Below the pieces are notes generated by a model. It did not search any database and was not told the origin of the DNA. It was given only the letters and a program-made list of their open reading frames with translations. A stretch of DNA of 64,000 nucleotides. Origin: Blasia pusilla (Eukaryota). Below are positions 26,590-37,879 of this stretch, in pieces. The stretch is from assembly GCA_050084515.1 (NCBI GenBank), contig CM114271.1, positions 18,352,001 through 18,416,000 of the forward strand, given 5' to 3'. Made by a program: the position numbers and the translations under genes. The number at the start of each line of letters is the position of its first letter. Within the stretch, counting starts at the first letter, position 1.

Positions 26590-26727
26590 TGTATGTTGTG
26601 CGGATCTCCGAGGGGTGCAACCACCATGTTGGTATGTGATGGTTGTTCTCGAGGGTGGCATATGTCATGTCTGACCCCCCCTCTTGATATGGTTTCCACG
26701 GGACGATGGATGTGTCCGAGATGTGTA
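26590..26727 (+). other. PHD finger (C4HC3) at the integrase C-terminus
   Basis: CMLCGSPRGATTMLVCDGCSRGWHMSCLTPPLDMVSTGRWMCPRC at the end of ORF 25909..26730. Confidence 0.9.
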
Positions 26728-26806
26728 TAGGGTAGTAGGTCATGTGACAGAGATGTGATATTTTCTATCTGGAGTTGGGGGGATCCAACTGCTAGCTAGG
26801 GGGGCG

Positions 26807-27563
26807 GTTGTGTGATCTCCATGTATATGTATGAGTTGATTTTTGTACATGTGTGGATCGACCCGTGTGTGGGAAAGATCGGTGTTGTGTGGTGTAGATG
26901 TGACGAGCGATGTATGTTGTGTAGCGATATGTATGCGCACGACAACTGTCACATCTGAGTAGTCGATAGGCCGAGATCTATCATGGATAGGGCGTAGGAG
27001 CCAGCGGACTATCTTGAGTGTAACTTTGTCCCACTATGTCGGATGAGGTTGAGATATGTCCATTGTGTCAGGAACGTCGTTTCTCACAACTTTCATGTTT
27101 AGGTCTTTTACAACCGGGTGACTTGTTGACCAGGTCACCCGCCCCTGGTAACCTGTGCGCGCAGGTTACCAAGGGGAGGGCTATTTTTAGGGGAATAGCC
27201 TTTTGGCTCTTCCCAACCCTACATAAGAGAGGAAGATGGCTTTCCTAAGCCATCTTTCTCATGTTGGGCCGTTGGAGCACCTCCCTTGTATGTGTGTGAG
27301 CTAGGACTAGGGTGCTAGCATCCGGATTCCTTGATAGCACAGGGTGGACGAGGCTCGATATGCCAATATAGATTGAGGAGTGGAGTTTTAGGCCGGGTGT
27401 GCCGTTTTTACTACTCTTTATTTTTGTTGTGTGATCTCCATGTATATGTATGAGTTGATTTTTGTACATGTGTGGATCGACCCGTGTGTGGGGAAGATCG
27501 GTGTTGTGTGGTGTAGATGTGACCAGCGATGTATGTTGTGTAGCGATATGTATGCGCACGACA
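26807..27563 (+). repeat. 3' terminal repeat block B-A'-B'
   Basis: G-rich PPT-like tract (AGGGGGG, 26798-26804), then B 26807-26944, a 2-nt spacer AC, A' 26947-27425 (LTR copy lacking the final ACA), and B' 27426-27563. B and B' are each 138 bp with 2 mismatches seen. Confidence 0.88.
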
Positions 27564-28200
27564 TGGTCTTTATTGACGATTTCTCCCGGTATACTAATGT
27601 TTACCTCCTCCATTACAAATCCGAAGCTTTTTCCCGTTTCACTCAATTTGTGGCTAAATAGAGACACAACATCAACCTCGATGCATTCAGACATTGCAAT
27701 CTGACAATGGTGGGAAATATAAGTCATCTTCTTTCTTAGACTTCTACCATTGTCGGGAATCTCCAAGTAGCTCACTATTCCCCACACACCACAACAAAAT
27801 CGTGTTTCAAAATGTAAGAACATAACTCTTGCTAATTCTATACGTTCTTTGCTTTTCCATTCTGTTCTTCCCAAGACTTATTGGGGTGAAGCGTTGGTCA
27901 TTGCTAATTATTTGCAAAATCGTCTTCCAAGCAAAGCATTGCCACTTTCCAAAACACCATATGAGTTATGGTTTAATCCTAAACCTGTGTTATCTCATCT
28001 TCGTATTTTTGGAAGTCCTCCATTTGCTAAAATTAATGATCCTCATTCAAAGCTGCATTTTCGCACTGAGGAATGCATTTTCCTTGGTTACAGTGACCAA
28101 AGCAAAGCCCTGCGTCTCGAGAGGCTGAAAGAAAAAACTATCATTCTCTTGTGATGCTGTAGTTCTTGAAGATCAGACTGCTCAGACCACTCCATCGTTC
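27564..28200 (+). mobile_element. Ty1/copia integrase core fragment (3' half of the copia at 30350-32409, now inverted)
   Basis: VFIDDFSRYT...SDNGG...PHTPQQN...YWGEALVIANYLQNRLP...TPYELWF...HLRIFGS. Confidence 0.88.
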
Positions 28201-28227
28201 GCTTCTTCTGATGCAGAAGATATGGCT

Positions 28228-30349
28228 ATCCCATCATATGCCTCGCGACCACTAGTGGACACATACCCTGGAGCCCAATACATCCTCCAGGCATCGATCT
28301 CTACTGAATATAGTGATCGAAACTCCATGTAGTCATCCATCAGAGGATCCTCCAAGTGCTGGAACAACCCCTTCCATGCCATGAAAGGGTTGAACCGTGT
28401 CGGGGTCCGTATCTCTTGGAAGTTGCACCATGTGTCAAACTCCTGGATAAAATCATCTAAGTCGATGATGCCCACTGCACCCGAGAAACGACGCATGCCC
28501 CGATGGCCCATGTCGTCCATCTCCTGCCAAGTACTCGTTTGTCTCTGCGTGATCTCGTCACGGACCGGTGTCGATGATGACGATCCGATCCACGGATGGA
28601 TGTCGAGGAGCTCCTCTCAGTGGTAACCCCTCGGTATCTCACTCCACTCCGTGTCACACCACTACTATCGCCGCAGACTACCCCGTTCTTCCGAACCCTG
28701 GAAGAACGCCGTGATGACAAACCCTGTCTCACCCGCTCAAGCACTCAGACTCACCGAGAGTCTCCCACACGCCTCACTAGCTCACCTATGCTAACATCAA
28801 TCCCGTGATGACATACCCGACCTCACGCACACTCAACACTCGGGCTCACCATGAGCATCCCAACTGACTCACCTAACCAAGCGACACTCTCTCGGGCCAT
28901 ACGCGCGATCCCTACTCGGCAACCGCCGTATATCCACCAACATGCTACACATGAAAAGAATCTACACTCGTCACCATCACTGCACCCATCTAGCACCAGC
29001 TACTACCCAATACCCAGCACTCTCAATCACACACGACAAGTGCGGGAAAAGGGACTCGAATGGGTAACCTGATTACGCCCTCCAACCTGCTGCACCGTCA
29101 ACATGCACTCCTCCACATGATATGACAATCTCCGCAACACAACACTCTCCTCGACCAACACATTGATCCTCCCGTCAAGAGATGCAGACAACCCGTCGGC
29201 ATCATGCACACTGCCCCTCCATCGTCAACTCTCGCAACGCCCTGTCGCGCCCCAAAACATCATGTGGCGCCCCAAAACATCATGTCGCGCAAACCTCTCT
29301 GTCGATCCCCATGCGCGGCATGTAACGTGACTCACCCTGGTCGGCTCCCAATCATGTCCGGAAAATCTCAACTCACGTTCGCCGGACTAACCTCATCCGT
29401 CCTACCAACCACGACCACTCCAATCCTACCACGCGTTGGGGGAGGGCGCGTTTAGGGTCCGCGCCCGTCGCCGCCCGTCTCGCCGCTCGTCGGCTCTCGT
29501 CCGTGGCCCCTCGCCCCCTTGCCCTCGCCCATCGCCGCCGCGCCCTAACCCTAGACCGGCCGCGACCTAGCTAGCCATTTTTACTTAACAGCCCCCCGAC
29601 GGCTGCAAGACCCAAACCTTCTTTTCTTCTCTCTCTCGACAACCTCACTCGCGTTCACCCGCCGCCCACTCCGTACTACACTCTGCCGCTGTCCCCAATC
29701 CCTGTGCACCAACAAATTCTGAGAAAAACGGACAGCGCTTCCGCCCACGGCCTTCCGAACAGAAAAATGAAAAACACCCGCAACACACGCGTCACTTGGG
29801 GACCAAGGCAACTCGCTTGCCTACCTGCAAACAACGAATTCCCACCAGCCCTCACATCTTTCTCATGTAAAAATAAAGAGTAGTAAAAACGGCACACTCG
29901 ACCTAAAACTCCACTCCTCAATCTACATCGGCATATCCAGCCTCGTCCACCCTGTGCTATCAAGGAATCCGGACGCTAGCACCCTAGTCCTAGCTCACAC
30001 ACATATAAGGAAGGTGCTCCAACGGCCCAACATGAGAAAGATGGCTTAGGAAAGCCATCTTCCTCTCTTATATAGGGTTGGGAAGAGCCAAAAGGCTCTT
30101 CCCCTATAAATAGCCCTCCCCTTGGTAAACTGGCGCAAGACAAAGTTACGAGGGGGCGGGTGACCTGGTCAACAAGTCACCCGACTGTAAAAGACCTCAA
30201 CATGAAAGTTGTCAGAAACGATGTTCCTGACACAATGGACCTATCCTCAACATTTGACACTGTGGGACAAAGTTACACTCAAGATAGTCCGCTGGCTCCT
30301 ACGCCCTATCCACGATAGATCTCGGCCTATCGGCTACTCATGTGTGACA
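28228..30349 (-). mobile_element. second copy of the DNMT/PHD Ty3 family: 5' LTR (A3), leader and gag N-terminus only
   Basis: The reverse complement of 29866-30349 is the LTR. 28228-29180 matches 19430-20381 (gag DLDDFIQEFDTWC...AWRMYWAPGY). The self-priming complementarity is conserved (29855-29868 vs 30030-30043). Confidence 0.88.
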
Positions 30350-32409
30350 ATCATGAAAAAACGAAAATCCAAATGAGTAGGGGGGGAGAAATAGGCCCGC
30401 AAATATTTCTATGAATTAATTCTAAAACATTGAGAGCTCTTTACACTAGAGTAGTGTTAGAAAAAGGTTTGTGAGTCTGCTTGCCATGTAGGTTGTCTCG
30501 ACATGAAGAAATCTGAGAGGGATTATGCTTTGGAAGACCGCAAACCATTTGCTGATTTTGAATTTGAGAAACACGAGCGGCGCTGATGTGACCCAAACGG
30601 TGATGCCACAGATCAGCGATCGTGGGAAGAATCGCAATGGCAGATGTAATGGAAGAGAATCGAGAGGGTGGAAGGACAACTTCTCCGAGTTTGTACAAAT
30701 CATTGATTAAATAATATGTTGTGATGATCTGGTTTGTAGAATCGCGAAGTATGCACTTTCTGTCATGAATCAAGGCAGATCCTCCTGAAGTGTCTAGTTG
30801 CATGATTGAGAAAAGATTTTTCTTCAAGCTTGGTATAAATAGAACATTACGAAGAATATATTGAATACCATTAGTCAAAAGGATCTCAAGTCCAGATCCT
30901 TTTATCTCCAGACTAGAACTATCACCTAGGAAAACATACGAAGATTTTTCATATGGAGTGTAATTGGAAAAGTAATCACTAGAGAAGGCCATATGATGAG
31001 TAGCACCGGTATCAAGATACTATGTGTTATCTTGAATATTTGAAGCCGAAGTTGAATAGGCAACGGTAAAGAAGAGATGAGACGTAAATTTGGCTTTTGG
31101 AGCAAAAAATCTGCACTGAATTTGCTGATCTGCAAGACGTTTTCGGCAATCTTTAATATGATACCCTTGCAAATTGCAGTAGAAACCCTTCATTTTCTTA
31201 TAAGTATTCTGCTGATTGGAGGATGAAGCCTGCCAATCAACTTGATGATTGGACGATTCGCCATGTGCAATTGTCATAGAAGCAAGAACAAATCATGATT
31301 TGAAAGGACCAAAGCCTTTCTGAGGAGCTTTGCCTCCACTGTAACCTCTAAATGAGCCGCCTTGCCTCAAATTTCTGAATTTGGACTTCGATTGAAAAGT
31401 GGCTGAACCTCGTCCAACTAAAAGAGCCGAGGACGGTTCAACAGTCTGCGTCTTCATCATTTTCTCCTCCCTAAGAAGGAAAGTGATCACAAATTGCAAA
31501 GTAAGGTTACTCTGACCTTGCAATGAGGTCAATAAATTGCGTAACTGTTGGGCATTGATCGCATCAATGCAAGATACTGATTTTCATCAGTAGTCACCGA
31601 TCCAGCAGCGTGGAGTTGATCAATCAATGCCCTAAATTGATGGACATGTTTGGTAACACTATCGCCTTCTTTCATCTTAAGAGTCTACAATTCATCTTGC
31701 AGATACATTTTTGTGACAGTGTCCTGGGCTTGGTATAAAGAATCTAATTTTGTCCAGCTTGCGCTGCAGTCGTAGCGGAACTGATATGATGAACTTGCAA
31801 ATTGTCTAAACGGTTCGCTATGAAAGATAAGGCAATTCGGTTGAAAATCTCCCATTCGTGGACATTCCCCGCCCGGTGGCAGGAGCGGTAGCCGCTACTG
31901 GCTTTAGAGTTGTACCTTCTACGATGCCTACTAAATCTTTGGCATCGAGGTACAATCTCATGCATAATCGCTAGATGTAGAAATAGGTCCCGTCAAATTT
32001 CGGGATGTCGTCAATCTTGAGGAACATGTTAGAATTCACCATCGTGAATTGATGAAAATGATAGAAAACGGATCAAGGACTGTGAATTCGTAAGAATCGA
32101 AAGTCTGCATCCACCAAGCAATCAGAACGAGAAAGGCGTTTGAGTAGAAGGCGTCCCCTCTACTCTAGGAATGTTGAAGCGTCCCTCAAATTCCAATCCT
32201 TTTTTGAAAACGTAAGAGTAGTGACTAGCGACCAGGCTCTGATACCATGTGAGAATTGCAGAATGAATTGAAAAATGCCTTTGTACTCTCTGTGTTCTCT
32301 ATATGTATTGATAGATTGAAAGCCGATACATAAATAGTAAAGTCTGCGCTAAACTAAGAGCCGTAATCAAAAGACGTGACGATAACTGTGTCACTTCAGA
32401 AATATCTCA
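30350..32409 (-). mobile_element. Ty1/copia element 5' half (LTR, iMet PBS, gag, protease, GAG-pre-integrase), decayed
   Basis: PBS TGGTATCAGAGC (reverse complement of 32236-32247). Gag ATG at 32042 (IPKFDGT), knuckle remnant YCNLQGYHIKDC, protease LDTGATHHM about 31020, LWHHRLGH, and LELIH..ICGP up to 30350. LTR about 32248-32409; its outer end is uncertain. Confidence 0.85.
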
Positions 32410-34667
32410 TAGCTATGTATCATTTCGCAAGATGAAACGTTACTAGCACTAATCAATGGTCATAAGTAGAACATTGATCCTAATCTAATCTAGATTGTTC
32501 GTATGGGTTGATCCGTGTGATCAATGTTTAGATCGACTACTATCAATCAACAATCTGCTGATTTGTTTCGCTGATGAATCTCTATAGATTGCATGTCGAG
32601 GATGATAAAGTATCGCTCGAGTGTGCATCCTATTGCTCTTTAGGCTTGGTAGAGTAAGAGACAATAAATGTTGTGGAGAACAAAAAATTAAGAAATGATG
32701 TTGTGGTGGGAGTTGACATTGTTGGATCATCCCGTGCAAGAAAGGATGGATCAACAACAGATATGAGCTCTCAAGCTCGCTCTCTTGGAGGTATATCCCC
32801 TTCCCTCTCCTAAGCTCTCTCTATATGGTAACCTATGCTCATAAGTCACCTTCTTGGCTCATGACCTGCTGGAGTGGGTCAAGGGCTACTTCCCAAAGTG
32901 AAAAGTCAAATGTATCTAAAACCGTAACTTACTCGAAATAGTAAGTTCCTCAATAAATTCCAAATGAGCCGAAATGAAAGGGAAACCTGCTCTCTCAGGT
33001 TACATGTGGCCTCAACAAGTCATCATCGATCTCATGAGGTTTTCATCCAGTATCTCCGAAGGTGCTCGACTCGATCTCGTCAATCTATCCTAACAGACGT
33101 GATATGGAGCACAAACTCTCAATCTCTCTAATATGTAAAAAATCTTACTATGACAAGTATTTGGGCATTTTTAGGATTGATCGATTGCATCCAATGGCTG
33201 TTTCAACATACATGGATATATATTAATTGTGAAAATAGGATTTAGTGTAGGGTGAAAAAACTATTACGATTCCCATATAGAAGGTGTAGAAGATCACTCA
33301 AAGTAACTTCAAGATATTCGCATACCCTCACAAATAAAGGTCCATACTTTTAGAGTAGCCTAAGGTCTTCTGCGAACCTTGCAACTCCTTTGCAAGTTCT
33401 TTGTAACTCAATTATTGTTGTGATGTGTGTGCAAATTCCCTATTCACAAGTGACTTGCACACCTCTTGCATAACTATGTCAAATTAGCCAAATCAGCTGT
33501 GATTATTTGGCAAATGCAGCGTCCACGTAGGAGAAATACTATTTCAAGCTGAAGTCTAAATGCCATTAGCAAGCAACATAGATGGAGTGTGTTTTCCTGG
33601 TGTGAATGTTTTGTATGTAATTTCATGCCACATTGTAGTAATGTTTGAAGGATTTCTGCATCATAAGCATTCTCTATTTTGGCTTTGATCCCAAGGGAGG
33701 ATAGGGGAAAATTGTTAACATCATACTATGTATACTACTAAATCAAGAAGGCTCTTTCTACATATGGTAGGTCCCAATTGGCTGAATTCTTCTACTTTAG
33801 AGAGGAGAGTTCCCCTCTCACATGCTAGGGAATGAAATCAACAATTAATGACCTAGTAAGGTCTCTAGCACTCGTAACAAAATTTGCACCTTTAGAGTGA
33901 ATCAAGGGGATGACGTATATTTGGACGCGGGGAAACCATGAAATATGTAGACATGAGAGTCATCAACAAGCCAATTTGGAGATTTAGATTTGTCCATGCC
34001 CATCCACTATTTCAAAACAGAAAAGAGGACATTAAGTCGGGCTCAAAGAGCCTCCTTCCAAGGGGTAAGGAATCCCTCAACTGAATAGGCAAAATAAGTA
34101 CCCACAAGCCCCGGCCGCGTAGGGCATCACCTACACATGGCCTACTGAGTTGAAAGCCAATAGTCTCTGAAAAGAGTTCTATAAATGATGGAGTGCAAAA
34201 ATAATTGGAATTTGTGAAGACTTTTTACCATCATTCAACCCTATAATCATTAGTCTAAAGTTACAAGTGAAGTGATTAGCACCAACTTTCACGCTTGAAT
34301 CCTTAAATGGATGGTGTCAGAAAGCACAAACACCCCGCCCTCTACTGGCACAAACAGTAACTGGAGAACTTCATATGAATGAGTAGTGGTGTGCTCACAA
34401 GAGCTGCATAGTGGTTGGATTCGGGTGCAGCTAGTAATGAGGGGGCATCCAAGCTGCCCAAATCTGGCAACCTCCCCATCATTATTGAATCATTTTCTTG
34501 AAATCTCCGTGGATCAGGCTGAAAAGTTGGTGGCCTGAATCCCTGTGGAAAACAGTGTGGCATGGATGCCTAAATACATGGCAAGAGGGCGGTGTGTTCC
34601 TCCCTATTCAGCATGTTTAACATGTGATCTGGATGACATGACAGCAACATTTGCACTAAATCTGAAT

Positions 34668-37600
34668 TTACAAATAATGGGCAGGAAGCAAGTGGTCAAC
34701 ATTGAAAATTTTGGACATCAGGCGCCTCACTTCTGCTCTTCCATACACAAGATACCCAAGACCGTGTATGGAATGCTGTACACTAGTTGTGGCAAAGTTC
34801 CTAAGGCGACGGTTTTTCTCAAAGAGTACTTTCCTTTCTTCATCAAAGATAATGTGCCAAGTCAACTTTTTTTCTCTCAATGATCGTCCACCTAATCGAT
34901 TCATTAGTATCAACCTATGCTTTCGGTCTAACCAGATACCAGGCCCATCCAGGTGTTTCATGAGGAGTTGCTCCGCCAAGATTACATCCTGCACAATTAC
35001 AAGATTACATCGGTGTGTTAAGAGGTTTCTTAAATCTTACCATTTTCACCTTCCTCTCATGCAGTCTCAACTCTTTGGGAGCCAAGGTTGGAACACGGAC
35101 CGAAGGTCTCATCAGAGTCGAGGTGAAATGGGCAAAAGACCAATCAAAAGATGTTTGTGTTCACATAAGGGGGCAATCCCATGAAACGGGTACCCCTTCA
35201 ACAGAAAAGTTGTTTACTGATTCACTCTACAGGTTTCAGGGTAAGTGTAAGGCTTTGATCCTTGGCATCGTCCAAGGACCTTCGGACTTTCTGACCACAA
35301 TTAGCAATTTCATGCGGTTCTTGACTAGCATACTTCTGTTTTGCTCCATCCAGTGGCCCCACCCTGGAGGCCCTCTTCCTTGGATTGGTCCATTAGGTCT
35401 TTAATTCCAACCCTGTAAAACGGTGTTGTTTGTTCCCCACTACTAAGTAAAAGCCAACCCTTTAAACTGATTACTAAGCTGATTTGTTTGATGCCCTTTC
35501 TTACAAATGATTAATTACATTTCCAAAAGTTGTGACAAGTTGCTTCATCCACTCCTGGATAGTCTGCTGGAGCTGGAATTGGACTGGATGTGAAACTCAG
35601 GATTCAGTGATCTGGAGTTCTTACTCTGATCATTTCCAAAAGACTACAACGATTTGGTGGCTAGGATCCAGGATGCATGATTCATCCGTCTATCACACAT
35701 GAAAAGCCCCCTTGTACTCAGAATTCCCTCTGAGAGCTACTGACTTTGAAACAAGTCATAGAAGACTTCAAACTGCACAAACTGAAGACCCTCTCACAAA
35801 CCGCACTGAGTAAGAATAATGGGAGACTGCACAGATGTACCACAGAGCGTAAAGAAAGGACGAGAACCGTACTTACTAGTAGTGGTCATTTAAATCATAC
35901 CAAGCCCAGGTCAAAGATTGTACCTTGATGACAGTCCCCAAGTACTCCAAACGATCGAAACAGAATCGGGGATGGTCCCCTTTAAACTTTGATGGATGAA
36001 GAAAACACAGCTGCAGAAGGTCCGAACATCTTAATTAACTAATAATTCTGGAAATTTCAACCATGTAAAGATGCTTTGTAACTAAGTTGGAATCAAATTG
36101 TCGACATTTATGGGTTGGGAGCCAGATGACCCCAAGAAGAATTGATCAAGCAAGTGAATGCCATAGAAATGTATGCAGATGCAGTGAAGTCCATACCTGA
36201 AGGCCGAGCTCAAGTTCACAGTTCCTTGCTTCAGTTATTTCTGGCGATTGGTCGTTCACAAGAAGAGGATAACCTAGTGCTTCCAGAACTTTGGGTAGAC
36301 TATTGATCTCCCAAGCATTCCCACGAAATCGGTGCATACCAGGTGGAACACATGCTCGAAAGAGCCTGGGGCATGCAAAAAGAGAGTCATCTGGAGCCTG
36401 CACCCAAAATTCATCAAAACATTACTAAACCAAAGAGGAGTCGATGAGAAATCCCGACAGCGACAAGGCTACTACTTCCTCCTTGAGACAGGAGGGCTAG
36501 TTCTACAGGTCTGGAACAATCTACATTTTGTCTTTGGTGCTGACTTGAATCTTGGGTGACGAAACACTAAAAAAAACGAATTCAGTCCGGAAGTGGAACA
36601 CATTTGATACGGTTGCTACTACTAATAAGTTGGTATCCGTCACCTTATACGCAGCAATATCTTGCCATGTGAGCTTCCTCTCGAGATCAGGAGATAGAAA
36701 ATCTTCGTCTGGGAGCCCAGCACGTGGCTTAGGCTGGGCGAAATCAGCTTCCAGATCCATGCCAAAAACCTCGAAAAGCAAACGGTAAACCTCTCCCATT
36801 CCTAAGGTCAGATATGTTGCGGCAACAAGTGCCCAGAAAACACTCCTGCAGTCATTAAATGTTCGATCAGTGAACAACTCAATCTGTCAAATTACATTTG
36901 ACATTCTTCTGCTCATATTATCATGCAAGTAATTTCCAACGAAATCCGTAGCAGCAACACGCGTGATATCCATCACAGGGCATCATCCTGACGGGCAGAA
37001 GAGAAAGGATTATCACAAACAGGAGTGAAACTCGTCGGCAGATACAATATCATCAAATATTCATACAGAACGTAAATACCTTGCTGCCTGCTGTCTCTCA
37101 TCTCTATGGGGTACCTCCAACTCTTCGTTTGGGAAGAGAAGCCGATCCATGGAAGCAGAATTGAACCACCGAGGCAGCACCTTTTTGTTGGTCAAATTGA
37201 ACACTCTTTCTCTCAGAGACCCTACTTTCTCCAGGGGAAACATCTGCAGAAGCAATTCCGCAAAAGCCAGCTCCACTACGTACTGTCCCAGAAACCAAAG
37301 CCGCGAGTGCGCTATCCCAACAATTTTCGTCTTACCCCGTTTCGTGAATTTATGTTGGAAGGCGAGAAAAATGAGAGAATCTAAATAGCTAGCGGGGCTA
37401 CCTTCCACAGGCTCCAGGACATCAAGGGAATAACCTAAAGCATCCTTTGCTTCTAAGAGATACTCGTCAATCCATTCCTGGTCTAGTTGGTTAAGGTTCT
37501 GCAGCGGTAAGCACGAGCTCAGTAAAGGGAAAGCTTTCATTTGCAATTGAGGACTTCGTAGAAATCTTTCGGCCAGTTTACTGTCGTCCAGCGCAGGTTT

Positions 37601-37879
37601 AACAATTAATTGTCGGAAGTTCGGAGCGGGTTTCTGGTATTTTTTCGGCGCAGAGTCGTTCCTCTCTATAACTTCCTCAATGTCCGACAGCGCAACTTTG
37701 CCCACATTACGAACATATACCGACGCTTCCCTTCCACGTCTCAGAGGGGAATCAAAACGAACGATTCTTTCCAACGGAGGTAGGGACAAAGCGAGAGAGT
37801 GAGAGGACGACAGATTTGAACAAGGGCACCGCATAGTCGAAGTGAACTGCCCCGGTTGCCAAGCCAATTGCAACGCCAT
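34668..37879 (-). CDS. RNC1: chloroplast RNase III-domain group II intron splicing factor RNC1
   Basis: Exons 37879-37080, 36845-36644, 36397-36197, 36010-35924 and 34988-34668, all GT-AG, give 1611 nt (536 aa plus stop). Motifs AHSRLWFLGQYVVEL, LCFLHPSK..HPRFCFDRLEYLG, LLMKHLDGPG and NRRLRNFATT match my recollection of RNC1. Ser-rich, transit-peptide-like N-terminus. Confidence 0.9.

Larger units (their letters stand above)
16239..27563 (+). mobile_element. Ty3/gypsy LTR retrotransposon (decayed, probably chimeric): gag-protease-DNMT3-like MTase-RT-RNase H-integrase-PHD
   Basis: Starts TGTCACATC (16239) and ends CACGACA (27563). Gag remnant at about 19900-20650 includes a degenerate knuckle (xWTCGGAHRQRDC). 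Protease ILLD(L)GAQ about 21680; RT LPFGLKNA and YIDDILIFS (24138 ORF); RNase H (24752 ORF); integrase HHCC plus LTDQGTE and GLAERVV; C-terminal PHD. Domain order is Ty3-type. Multiple stops and frameshifts. Confidence 0.93.

Noticed and set aside
34702-35404. Plus-strand ORFs of 129-160 aa overlapping RNC1
   Set aside because: Antisense shadows of the RNC1 last exon and intron, with no motifs of their own.
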